Positions 1-8,209 of a stretch of 46,767 nucleotides of DNA are shown one piece after another. How positions within the stretch are numbered: the first letter of the stretch is position 1; each line of letters begins with the position of its first letter. The notes under the pieces were generated by a model. The model did no database searches. It was given only the letters and a program-made list of their open reading frames with translations, and was not told where the DNA came from. The position numbers were made by a program, and so were the translations under genes. This DNA comes from an uncultured Gammaproteobacteria bacterium (GTDB taxonomy: Bacteria; Patescibacteriota; Patescibacteriia; Patescibacteriales; UBA12465): positions 266,401 to 313,167 of the forward strand of contig CAYYDR010000002.1 of NCBI GenBank assembly GCA_964470695.1, read 5' to 3'.

Positions 1-308
1 AGCTCTGGAATTTTCCGGCCGGTAAAGTTGATGTCGGCGAGTCAATTGAGCAGGCTGCCATTAGGGAGGCGAAAGAAGAATCAGGCTATGATGTGGAGCT
101 AATAAAAGAGATTACTATCTTTCATACTAAATCAACCGATGTTGTAAAACATATATTTGAGACTAAAATAATTGGAGGAGAATTGAATTTTCCTAAAGAC
201 GAAATTTTAGATGCTAAATGGTTTACATTTGATGAAATGAATCAAATGAAAGATGAGCTCAGGAGCGAATGGATACTAGCAACAATAAGTATTTTAGAAA
301 ATAGATAG
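1..308 (+). CDS. NUDIX hydrolase, 5'-truncated by window edge
   Basis: The frame is open from nt 3. LWNFPAGKVDVGESIEQAAIREAKEESGY matches the Nudix box GX5EX7REUXEEXGU. Track ORF 93..308 is only the part after an internal Met. Confidence 0.8.
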   Translation, partial: LWNFPAGKVDVGESIEQAAIREAKEESGYDVELIKEITIFHTKSTDVVKHIFETKIIGGELNFPKDEILDAKWFTFDEMNQMKDELRSEWILATISILENR

Positions 309-339
309 ACCAGCTTATATTATTAGAAGCAACTCATGT

Positions 340-585
340 ATGAAAAAGATAAATTTTAATCTCATTGTTCAAATCGGCCTGACGTTTTTTACCGTGCTAG
401 GGTTTTTACTAACCTCATTAAAGTACCCCCAATACGGCCTTATTGCTGCTTTAGTTTCTCAGATATTTTGGCTGTATAGTTCTTACAAGGCCTGGCGTGA
501 GGCAAACCAAGTCGGTATATTTATAACGACAGTTTTTATTTTTATAACTATAATATTTGGATTAATAAATTATTGGGTTTTATAA
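340..585 (+). CDS. small membrane protein (about 3 TM helices), function unknown
   Basis: 81 aa with three hydrophobic stretches and a KYPQYG turn after the first. A PQ-loop/SemiSWEET-like or PnuC-like affinity is only a guess. Confidence 0.45.
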   Translation: MKKINFNLIVQIGLTFFTVLGFLLTSLKYPQYGLIAALVSQIFWLYSSYKAWREANQVGIFITTVFIFITIIFGLINYWVL

Positions 586-592
586 TTTATTT

Positions 593-1189
593 ATGACAAA
601 GTATATTCTTAATTCCGGTGGACTAAAAAATTTCCCCGAAAAAGAAAAAAAATTTAATAAAGAAATAGTTAAGGAATTGAGTAAAATACCCAGTATTTTA
701 TTTTGCTATTTTGCGGTTCCTCGCGAACATTGGGAAGAAAAATTTGCTCGGCACGCAGAGCACTTTTTGGATTCAATGGATGAGGAAGTTAAACCGAAAT
801 TTGAAATGGCCATGCCTGATAAATTTATTGATCAGATAAAAAATAATGACGCCATTATAATACATGGTGGGGACGACAAGCTGCTGTTGTACTGGCTAAA
901 ACAATATAATTTGCCAAAAATTTGGGATGGCAAGGTAGTGGCTACTAGTTCGGCCGGCTCTAACGCGTTAGCTAAAAATTTTTGGACCTGTGATTGGCGC
1001 CAGTGCCTGGATGGATTAAATATAATTCCAATTAAATTTATCCCTCATTACAAATCAGACTTCGGCAATAATGACCCAAGAGGTCCGATAGATTGGCAAA
1101 AAGCTTATAGTGAACTCTCCGAATATGGAGATAAAACTTTGCCAATACATGCGCTGGAAGAAGGCGATTTTGTTATATTTGAAAAGTAA
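593..1189 (+). CDS. peptidase S51 / type-1 glutamine-amidotransferase-like protein
   Basis: IIIHGGDDKLL followed by VATSSAGSNAL resembles the GG..., ...SAG nucleophile-elbow layout of dipeptidase E-like proteins. About 200 aa. Confidence 0.45.
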   Translation: MTKYILNSGGLKNFPEKEKKFNKEIVKELSKIPSILFCYFAVPREHWEEKFARHAEHFLDSMDEEVKPKFEMAMPDKFIDQIKNNDAIIIHGGDDKLLLYWLKQYNLPKIWDGKVVATSSAGSNALAKNFWTCDWRQCLDGLNIIPIKFIPHYKSDFGNNDPRGPIDWQKAYSELSEYGDKTLPIHALEEGDFVIFEK

Positions 1190-1198
1190 TTTATATAT

Positions 1199-2404
1199 AT
1201 GATTGAAAATAGCATCGTCTATAGAGACTTCAAGGGAAAGTATGAATATCTCCCGCTCGCCAGAGCTGAAGGAGCTTTACTCTGGGATAGAGACGGGAAG
1301 AGATATATTGATTTTTCCTCAGCTTGGAATGTAACTAATTTAGGCTGGAATCATCCGGAAGTGAGCGAAGCGATAATTGAGCAGACCAAGAAAAATGTTC
1401 AAGGCCTTCTTTGGGGTTCTGACCCAATTCAAGAAGAATATGCTAAAGCGCTTACTGAGGCATTGCCTAAAGAAATGGACGCCTGTATTAAAGAAACAAG
1501 CGGTACCGAGTCGGTAGAGGCGGCGGTTAAAGTCGCCCGTGTCTATACGGGCAGAACTAAAATTATTGGCTTTAGCGCTCATTATCACGGACAGCTGTTT
1601 GCTACTTTAGCTATTGGATATCCAAAAAATTCCCATCACAAACTAGAACCTTTAGTGCCGGAAATTGCTCCGATTGCTTTTCCTCATAATAAAATTAGCG
1701 AGGCGGATTGGCAGAAATTTATCTCAGATTTTGAAGAAGCTCTTTCTAAAAAAGATATTGCTGCGGTTGTTACAGAGCCGGGAATAATTACTGGCTGGGG
1801 CTCAACGCTTATCGCTTATCCTGGATTTCTTTCTAAGCTTAGAGAACTTACTGCAAAATATGGAACCTTGCTTATTGTTGACGAAGTCGGAACAGGATTT
1901 TCCCGAACCGGAAAACTTTTTGGAATACAGCACGAAAATGTTGTTCCCGATATGATGGCTTTAGCCAAGGGAATATCTAACGGCGCCTCGGCTATTGGGG
2001 CCGTTGTCGGAAAATCGGCAATATTTGAGAAAGCCTTTTCAGAATCAATTTTAGTATCAACCTTTGGCTGGACGCCAATTGCCTGTGCCGCCTCTCTCAA
2101 AGTTTTACAAATTCATTTAAGAGATAAGACTTGGGAGATGGCTGAGAAGAAGGGAAATTATATAAAGGAAAAATTACAGCCACATATTGGAAAAATTTTA
2201 ATTGATGTACAGGGGTTAGGTATGGAAATTGGCGCGCAATTTAAAGACGCTGAGACTTGCTCAAGAGTACAAAAAGCCTGTTTTGCTGACGGACTCCACG
2301 TGGTTGTGGGTAGCGGAAATAATATGCAAATTATGCCGCCCCTAACCATTTCGCAAGAGCTTTTAGATGAAGGGCTGGATATTTTAATAAAAAATTTGGA
2401 ATAA
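1199..2404 (+). CDS. class III pyridoxal-phosphate aminotransferase (acetylornithine/GABA aminotransferase family)
   Basis: ETSGTESVEAAVKVAR, LLIVDEVGTGFSRTGKLFG and MALAKGISNG (PLP lysine region) are typical class III blocks. 401 aa. Confidence 0.85.
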   Translation: MIENSIVYRDFKGKYEYLPLARAEGALLWDRDGKRYIDFSSAWNVTNLGWNHPEVSEAIIEQTKKNVQGLLWGSDPIQEEYAKALTEALPKEMDACIKETSGTESVEAAVKVARVYTGRTKIIGFSAHYHGQLFATLAIGYPKNSHHKLEPLVPEIAPIAFPHNKISEADWQKFISDFEEALSKKDIAAVVTEPGIITGWGSTLIAYPGFLSKLRELTAKYGTLLIVDEVGTGFSRTGKLFGIQHENVVPDMMALAKGISNGASAIGAVVGKSAIFEKAFSESILVSTFGWTPIACAASLKVLQIHLRDKTWEMAEKKGNYIKEKLQPHIGKILIDVQGLGMEIGAQFKDAETCSRVQKACFADGLHVVVGSGNNMQIMPPLTISQELLDEGLDILIKNLE

Positions 2405-2449
2405 TTAGTGCCAATTATTATAAAGACATAAACTCATTATCATCAATTT

Positions 2450-3142
2450 ATGAACTTAGAAAAATTTACTAAATTTTTAAAGACAGTTAACCTGCGCGCC
2501 TATAGAGACAAATTCCGGCCGATTAAAATTGTAGAAATGGATCTGCCTAAAAATATTCAGGCAATCTCCCTACTTTATAAAATGTATTGGGACAGAAAGA
2601 AGTTTGTTAATTATGACGCATTTTATCAAGCCTACCTATCAGAATTAAAAACAGATTTAGAAAATTTTAGGAAGAAAATTCAGATGTGCAAGAAATGCTT
2701 TTATTTAGGCCTGCCGGCTAGAATTTATAGAACTTGGGCCAGTATTATAACCCAAATTCATGCCGGTTATGTGGCTGAGTCTGTTTTTGGCGCTGGCAGC
2801 GTTGAAATGTCAGAAGAACTTGACCATCAAGGAGCTGATTTTAGGGTAACTTACAAGAAGAATAAATTAAATTACCAGGTTAAAAAGGAAACTTTCAGTC
2901 GGGAAGTCAGAAAACAAAAAGAAGCCAAGATAAAACTTGATGGAGAATTTGTTGATATTCTTTATAAGGTTCCTAGTAATGATATTTTTGAAAACCCTAG
3001 GACCAAAAAAGGCGAACTAAGAAAGCCTTATAAGGAATTTATTAAAAATAAAAATTTAGAGAGATTTTCTAACGGCTTTATCGTTTTTACTCCTAAAATT
3101 TTTCAAGAAAAGAAAAAGCAGCTCAATTCTAAATTAAAATAA
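2450..3142 (+). CDS. putative type II restriction endonuclease (possibly TaqI family, TCGA)
   Basis: Converges on the methyltransferase gene with a 9-nt 3' overlap. D130-x12-QVK (GADFRVTYKKNKLNYQVKKE) is a plausible PD-(D/E)xK core. From memory only, the blocks RPIKIVEMDLP, LPARIYRTWASIITQ and NGFIVF recall R.TaqI. TCGA is almost absent from the window. Confidence 0.5.
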   Translation: MNLEKFTKFLKTVNLRAYRDKFRPIKIVEMDLPKNIQAISLLYKMYWDRKKFVNYDAFYQAYLSELKTDLENFRKKIQMCKKCFYLGLPARIYRTWASIITQIHAGYVAESVFGAGSVEMSEELDHQGADFRVTYKKNKLNYQVKKETFSREVRKQKEAKIKLDGEFVDILYKVPSNDIFENPRTKKGELRKPYKEFIKNKNLERFSNGFIVFTPKIFQEKKKQLNSKLK

Positions 3143-4660
3143 CTTAGGCGCGATCTTCACTGAGGCAATTACTTTTTCCGCCATTTTTACGTAATCAGGA
3201 TTAATTTCAAACCCTATATAATTTTGACCTAGCTCTTTGGCGGCGGCGCATTCAGACCCGCTGCCAACAAAAGGGACTAGGACAACGCCATTTTCCTTGG
3301 GCCTAGTTGATTTGATTAATTTTCGGCATAGTTCTAGAGGTTTTTGAGTGGGGTGTTTAACGATTTCGTGGTTAAGATGTTTTTTAAGCTCTCGGGGAGC
3401 GAAGATATCGTTGCCACAGGTTTTGCACATAAACCATCTTTCATTCATGCCCGCCCCGCCAGCTAAAGCTGGTATTTTTATTACATCGCGAGGCAAGGCT
3501 CCGCCTTCGTGAGCTTTATAAATAGTTTCCTGGCCGTTTTTGCTAAATCGGCCGACTGTCCCTCGGCGAACCTTTCCCGCCGCGCCGCTTAAAAATCCTT
3601 CCGTGTAGGGCTCTCTTACTTCATCGCGATTAAAATTAGGTGAATTTTTCCAGGCGCAAATTATTGCTTCGTGGCTCCTTTGCCAAAAATTTAACGAAGC
3701 CACGTTTTTATTGGTATAATGCCAGATAAGCCAGCGTTTGTTAATTGGTATTTCAACTGAGAGGTGTGCTAGAATTTCGCTGAACCCGTAAATAAATAAA
3801 GTGCCGTTTGGTTTTAAAATTCTGATTGATTCATCTATCCATTTTTTTGACCAGTTTACATATTCATTCATCTCTCTTTTATCAATATTATTTCCGAAGT
3901 CTTTGCCGATATTATAAGGCGGATCAATAATAATAATGTGGCAGCTCTCACTTGGCAATTTCCTTAATTCTTCTACGGCATCGTTAAGAATAATTTTATT
4001 TAAAGGCAGTTTCTTATTTCTTCTGATATTTTTTGACGTAATCAAATCATCCAAACGATCACTAGTTTTATTTTTAATTACATCAACTACGATGCCCTGA
4101 ACGGTTATCGGGATATTTTTAGGGATTATTATGGGCTTTAACAATTTATTAGCTGGTTGTAATCTGACGTGATTTTTTTCTTTATAGATTTTTTTTAAAG
4201 TAGTTTCGTAATTATTAATTAGGACGACGGCTTTGTCACCATTTTCCGCGGTCTCCTGCTGTCTAATTAACACAATATCGCCATCGCCTATATTTTCCTC
4301 AATCATACTATCACCAACTACTCTTAGAGCGTAAAAGGTTCCATTGTCCGGAAGTTTGCTTTGGGGAATAGCTATTATTTCTTTCTCTTTTACAGCTTCA
4401 AGCGGCTGGCCGGCGGTTATGTTCCCCAGAAGATTAATATTAACCATTTTTTCTCTTTCAAATACGGAAATAGCTCTGGGCTGATTGTCGTCTTTTCTTA
4501 GAAAGCCTTTCTTCTGTAGGTTTTTAATATGAAAATGGGCAGTAGAAACAGAAGCGGCCTTAAAATGTCGCTTTATTTCTTCAAGAGACGGCGAATAGTT
4601 ATGTTTAGAGAAGTATTGTTTTATAAAATCTAGAACTTCTGCCTGCTTTTTAGTTATCAT
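3134..4660 (-). CDS. LexA repressor (DNA-binding + S24 autopeptidase) fused to beta-class N6/N4 DNA methyltransferase
   Basis: aa 1-68 form a LexA-type winged helix (SLEEIKRHF..STAHFHIKNLQKKGFL). Cleavage-site region GNITAGQP (Ala83-Gly84), VVGDSM (Ser118) and TLKKI (Lys156). Then IIIDPPYN (aa 243-250), KHPTQKP and VPFVGSGS..YIGFEINPDY (motif I after motif IV, i.e. beta class). LexA module is about 4076..4660 and the MTase module about 3137..3985. Confidence 0.85.
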   Translation of the reverse strand: MITKKQAEVLDFIKQYFSKHNYSPSLEEIKRHFKAASVSTAHFHIKNLQKKGFLRKDDNQPRAISVFEREKMVNINLLGNITAGQPLEAVKEKEIIAIPQSKLPDNGTFYALRVVGDSMIEENIGDGDIVLIRQQETAENGDKAVVLINNYETTLKKIYKEKNHVRLQPANKLLKPIIIPKNIPITVQGIVVDVIKNKTSDRLDDLITSKNIRRNKKLPLNKIILNDAVEELRKLPSESCHIIIIDPPYNIGKDFGNNIDKREMNEYVNWSKKWIDESIRILKPNGTLFIYGFSEILAHLSVEIPINKRWLIWHYTNKNVASLNFWQRSHEAIICAWKNSPNFNRDEVREPYTEGFLSGAAGKVRRGTVGRFSKNGQETIYKAHEGGALPRDVIKIPALAGGAGMNERWFMCKTCGNDIFAPRELKKHLNHEIVKHPTQKPLELCRKLIKSTRPKENGVVLVPFVGSGSECAAAKELGQNYIGFEINPDYVKMAEKVIASVKIAPKLF

Positions 4661-4691
4661 GTCGCTAATATTTTAGTTTAATTATACGGCT

Positions 4692-4705
4692 CTATAATAT
4701 TATAG
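4692..4705. promoter_or_regulatory. perfect 14-bp palindrome CTATAATATTATAG, candidate operator
   Basis: Self-complementary. It lies 32-45 nt upstream of the LexA-MTase start codon and overlaps that gene's -10 hexamer. Confidence 0.5.
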
Positions 4706-4727
4706 AAAATAAATAGAAAATGAGCAA
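4699..4727 (-). promoter_or_regulatory. candidate promoter of the LexA-MTase gene (TTGCTC-N17-TATAAT)
   Basis: Reverse complement of 4722..4727 is TTGCTC and of 4699..4704 is TATAAT, with a 17-nt spacer. Confidence 0.45.
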
Positions 4728-4753
4728 GCTCGGTTTTTCTATTGTTTTTAGTG

Positions 4754-4762
4754 TGTTATAAT
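4754..4762 (+). promoter_or_regulatory. extended -10 TGtTATAAT, 8 nt before ATG 4771
   Basis: Exact TGnTATAAT match. No SD lies between it and the start codon. Confidence 0.5.
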
Positions 4763-4770
4763 TGATTTAT

Positions 4771-5700
4771 ATGAAGCCAGTTTTAGTAACCTGCTATGTT
4801 AATCCCGACTTAGACGGTTTCGCGAGTGCCGTCGCTTACGCCGAATTTTTAAATAGCCAGGGCCGCCCGGCTCAGGTAGGGATATTAGGTGTGCCTCATG
4901 ACGAAGTAAAATATGTCTTAGATAGATTTAAGCTCATAAATCCTAAAGAAATATCTAGTGCCGCCGACTTTACGGAAGTGATTTTAGTTGATGCTAGTGA
5001 TTTAAACGGCTTAGAGGGCAGAATAGAGCCGGACAAGGTTGTAGAAATTATTGACCATCGGAAAGTTAATGAGGCCGAGAAGTTCCCTAACGCTAAGGCC
5101 CAAATAGAAATGGTTGGGGCGGCGGCGACTCTTATTGCTGAAAAATTCAAACAGGCCGACACTCGTATTTCTAATGAATCAGCAATTTTAATTTATAGCG
5201 CTATTATTTCTAATACTTTGAATTTTAAGGGCAGCGTGACTACTAGTCGGGACAAAAATATCGCGTCGTGGCTGGAGCAGTTTATTGAAGTGCCGCCGGA
5301 ATACTGGAAAGAACTTTTTACGGCGAAATCTGATTTAACGGGTGACAAATTAGCCAAGCGGATTCAAGGTGATTTTGCCTGGTTTGTTTTAGGCGGTCAG
5401 AAGGTCGGAATTGCTCAGTTGGAAATAATTGGTGCCGCCGCTCTTATTAGGGAGCGGGGAAAAGAAATAATTACTATTTTAAATAAGATTAAGGCTGAAT
5501 TAAACTTAGATTGCATTTTCCAAAATACTATTGATTTGGAAAAATTAAATAATTTTATTGTCACTAACGACGATTTAGCTAAAAATATTTTGGAAAACGC
5601 TCTAGGCATAAAATTTTCTGGCACAGTAGCAATAAAAGACCAGCTAATTATGCGCAAGCAAATAGTGCCTTTAATTAAAGAGGAACTAGAAAATTTATAG
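4771..5700 (+). CDS. DHH/DHHA2 phosphoesterase, family II inorganic pyrophosphatase-like
   Basis: NPDLDGFASAVAYAEFL, ILVDASD, IIDHRK and C-terminal LIMRKQIVP (DHHA2-like), at about 309 aa. The second metal motif is partly degenerate (DAS, DHR). ATG 4771 is preferred over the track's TTG 4762. Confidence 0.6.
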   Translation: MKPVLVTCYVNPDLDGFASAVAYAEFLNSQGRPAQVGILGVPHDEVKYVLDRFKLINPKEISSAADFTEVILVDASDLNGLEGRIEPDKVVEIIDHRKVNEAEKFPNAKAQIEMVGAAATLIAEKFKQADTRISNESAILIYSAIISNTLNFKGSVTTSRDKNIASWLEQFIEVPPEYWKELFTAKSDLTGDKLAKRIQGDFAWFVLGGQKVGIAQLEIIGAAALIRERGKEIITILNKIKAELNLDCIFQNTIDLEKLNNFIVTNDDLAKNILENALGIKFSGTVAIKDQLIMRKQIVPLIKEELENL

Positions 5701-5724
5701 CTCATTATTAGTCGGCTGGCGGCT

Positions 5725-5753
5725 GTGACAATTTAGCCATAATATGTTATTAT
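5725..5753 (+). promoter_or_regulatory. candidate promoter GTGACA-N17-TATTAT with TG extension
   Basis: -35-like at 5725..5730 and -10 at 5748..5753, preceded by TGt. Upstream of the secreted coiled-coil gene. Confidence 0.45.
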
Positions 5754-5810
5754 ATAGGCATTATTAATCTCTTATTAATATTAATTTAAAATAAAATTAA
5801 TTTTAAATTT

Positions 5811-7025
5811 ATGTCTAAAAAATTATTTAATTATTCAGTCTTAGTAATTATTTTAGGCCTAGCTTTAGTCCATGCGGCTCAAGCCGAGCCTTACGGTCCT
5901 CCGGCTGGCCTTCCGGCAGGCATGCCTGATTTATCTCAGATTATGAACAACATCCCTGGCGGCATCCCGGGTGGTATGCCGGCTGGCGTCCCGACTAATA
6001 TGGGCCCAAGTGCGGAGCAGAGCGCTAAATTTGAGGAAATGCAGAAGAAGGGCGAAGAGATGCAGCGGGAAGCGGAAAAGAAAGGTGAAGAAATGCAGAA
6101 AAAAGGTGAAGAAAAACAAAGAGAGGCTGAGAAAAAAGCTTTTGAAAAAATGAGTAAAAATATTAACCAATTTGAAAGAGCGGTTAAGATTATTAAAACT
6201 CAAGTGGAAAAATTAAATAAGAAAGGCGCCCCCACTACTCCGGACATGAAAATTGAGCTAGATAAGCTTGATGCTTTCTTAGCTAAATTAAAATCATCTA
6301 CCACTATTGAGCAGTTACAGCCTTTATTTGAAGAGTTTTCTGACTTAATTGATAGTGCTCAAGAACAGCTGCAGATTATGTCCAAGGCCTCCAAATGGCC
6401 GTCCGTGGAAAAACAGGCGGGTAATTTAATAGCTAAATTAACTAAAGAATCAACCACCTTGAAAGCTAAGGCCGCTAAAAAAGATTTAACGGAAGAACTA
6501 GCCGAAAGCTTTACTGAATTAGATAAGGCTATTGCTGAGCAGAAAGCAGCCCTGGAAACGTTAAAGACTCAGGTTAAAACTGATCCTGATACGGTCTTTG
6601 ATAATATCGGCGATTACTTTGATAAGTTTAGAGACATTTATGAAAATAATGTCAGAGAGATTAATTCAACTCTAGATTTGAAAAAGGCTGTTAAAACCGA
6701 ATTGCCTAAGTTTGTTAAAGCCTTGGATAACCGGGTAAAGACCTTAGCTCGTAATAAAAAAATTAATACGACTGAGCTGAAGGCCTTAGTTGCTAGCGCT
6801 AATACTAAATTGAATGAGATTAAAACTTTGGTAGCGGCAAAAACTGTTGATCATGACGCGGTTATTAGTGCGATTGACGCTTTGACGGATATCAGTGTTC
6901 AGTTTGAGGATAAGTGGGAAGCTTTGACCGGCCAGGATAACAATAATTTAATGCCCAAACTGCCCGATACCCCGGCTGACTATAAAATAAATATTCCGGC
7001 CAGCTTAAATAGTCTGATTAAATAG
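5811..7025 (+). CDS. secreted coiled-coil protein, unknown function
   Basis: Signal peptide MSKKLFNYSVLVIILGLALVHAAQA. A Pro/Gly-rich stretch (GPPAGLPAGMPD..IPGGIPGGMPAGVP), KKGEEMQ(R/K)EAEKK repeats, then a long heptad-like Lys/Glu/Leu-rich region. Confidence 0.6.
   Translation: MSKKLFNYSVLVIILGLALVHAAQAEPYGPPAGLPAGMPDLSQIMNNIPGGIPGGMPAGVPTNMGPSAEQSAKFEEMQKKGEEMQREAEKKGEEMQKKGEEKQREAEKKAFEKMSKNINQFERAVKIIKTQVEKLNKKGAPTTPDMKIELDKLDAFLAKLKSSTTIEQLQPLFEEFSDLIDSAQEQLQIMSKASKWPSVEKQAGNLIAKLTKESTTLKAKAAKKDLTEELAESFTELDKAIAEQKAALETLKTQVKTDPDTVFDNIGDYFDKFRDIYENNVREINSTLDLKKAVKTELPKFVKALDNRVKTLARNKKINTTELKALVASANTKLNEIKTLVAAKTVDHDAVISAIDALTDISVQFEDKWEALTGQDNNNLMPKLPDTPADYKINIPASLNSLIK
6034..6138 (+). 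repeat. imperfect in-frame tandem repeats encoding (E)EMQKKGEE / REAEKK units
   Basis: Protein reads EEMQKKGEEMQREAEKKGEEMQKKGEEKQREAEKKAFEK. The DNA is purine-rich and self-similar. Confidence 0.6.
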
Positions 7026-7421
7026 TTATTTTGCTAGGAGATTTAATAAATCTCTAAAAATGGCGTAGGCGATAGCTAAAAATGAAAAGAGGAAAATAGC
7101 AATATAATTCCATTTAGCTAGGCTAGTGCTTAGACCCTTAAGTATATAGACAAGAGCCTGTTCATCTTTTTGGTTAAGTGGTTTTCTTGATTCTATTTTA
7201 GAAATTAAGTCTAGTTCTTCAATGAGCCGGTCGCGCTTATTTTCCACGTGCCAGCGATGGCCGAAATACCAGATAAAACCGATGGTCCCGATATACCAGG
7301 ATACCTCTAGCCAGAAAGAACTATAGTGGCTTAGAACTATCACTAGCCGGTAGGAGATAGTCGCGATTATTCCGACCAAGAATATCCAGGCGCGATATAG
7401 AGAGTTGTTTAATTTAGGCAT
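7026..7421 (-). CDS. membrane protein, unknown function
   Basis: 131 aa with two N-terminal TM helices and one C-terminal TM helix around a charged loop. Its stop abuts the stop of the convergent gene at 7025. Confidence 0.5.
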   Translation of the reverse strand: MPKLNNSLYRAWIFLVGIIATISYRLVIVLSHYSSFWLEVSWYIGTIGFIWYFGHRWHVENKRDRLIEELDLISKIESRKPLNQKDEQALVYILKGLSTSLAKWNYIAIFLFSFLAIAYAIFRDLLNLLAK

Positions 7422-7452
7422 ATTTTAATTATTAGATTTTGTTAGTTTTTAT

Positions 7453-7461
7453 AGTATAGCA
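7453..7461 (-). promoter_or_regulatory. extended -10 TGcTATACT for the gene starting at 7421
   Basis: Reverse complement of AGTATAGCA, about 31 nt upstream of the start codon. Confidence 0.35.
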
Positions 7462-7468
7462 TATAACT

Positions 7469-7681
7469 ATGGAAATACTCGTCATCGCTTTGATTATTGG
7501 TTTTGTCGGTTATGTCTCAGTTAGAGAAGGAAAGAGTATAGATTTTACGCCTCGCATCAATAAGCGCCATTTTCCTCGGGCCGCCTATCTTAAAAGTGTT
7601 CGGGAAGATACGGAAATTAAGAGCCAGACTAGCAAGTTAATTGCGGCCGATAAAGAACGCGTCAAGAAAAAACTGCTTTAA
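7469..7681 (+). CDS. small protein with N-terminal TM helix, hypothetical
   Basis: 70-aa ORF (MEILVIALIIGFVGYV...). No recognisable motif. Coding status is uncertain. Confidence 0.3.
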   Translation: MEILVIALIIGFVGYVSVREGKSIDFTPRINKRHFPRAAYLKSVREDTEIKSQTSKLIAADKERVKKKLL

Positions 7682-7688
7682 TTATTAT

Positions 7689-8192
7689 ATGGCTAAATTA
7701 TCTATTCGTTATCCAGTCCTTTCCGATGCTAAGCCTTTTATAGAAATAATAACTAATCCTAATTTTCGGTATTTGCATCTTCCGGCTAAGACAGTAAAAG
7801 CGGAAGAAAAATGGCTGCGCGGCTTGCCCCAGAAAAGAAAATTGAATCAGGAATGGAATTACGCTATTTTATATGGCGATAAATTAATCGGCGGCATCGG
7901 CCTTAAAATTAACCGTTTCCGACCCCATATTGCTGAGATCGGCTACTTTATTGCCGAACCATATTGGGGTAAAGGACTGGCTAGTCGGGCGGTAAAATTA
8001 ATTGAGAAGGAGGCTACTCAGAAATTAAAGCTGCACCGCTTAGAAATATTAATGCGCCCGGAAAATAGGGCGAGCGAAAAAGTGGCGATTAAGAATAATT
8101 ACCGGAAGGAAGGGAAACTCAGGAAGATGGAGAAAGATAGACAGGGAGTCTGGCGTGATTTTTGGCTTTATGCTAAGGTTTTGTCAGAATAA
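7689..8192 (+). CDS. GNAT family N-acetyltransferase (RimJ/RimL-like)
   Basis: IGYFIAEPYWGKGLASRAVKLIEKEA is an acetyl-CoA binding motif A-like block (Q/RxxGxG/A). ATG 7689 (MAKLSIRYP) is preferred over the track's TTG 7641, which overlaps the previous ORF. Confidence 0.75.
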   Translation: MAKLSIRYPVLSDAKPFIEIITNPNFRYLHLPAKTVKAEEKWLRGLPQKRKLNQEWNYAILYGDKLIGGIGLKINRFRPHIAEIGYFIAEPYWGKGLASRAVKLIEKEATQKLKLHRLEILMRPENRASEKVAIKNNYRKEGKLRKMEKDRQGVWRDFWLYAKVLSE

Positions 8193-8209
8193 GCCAATAT
8201 AAAAAAATT

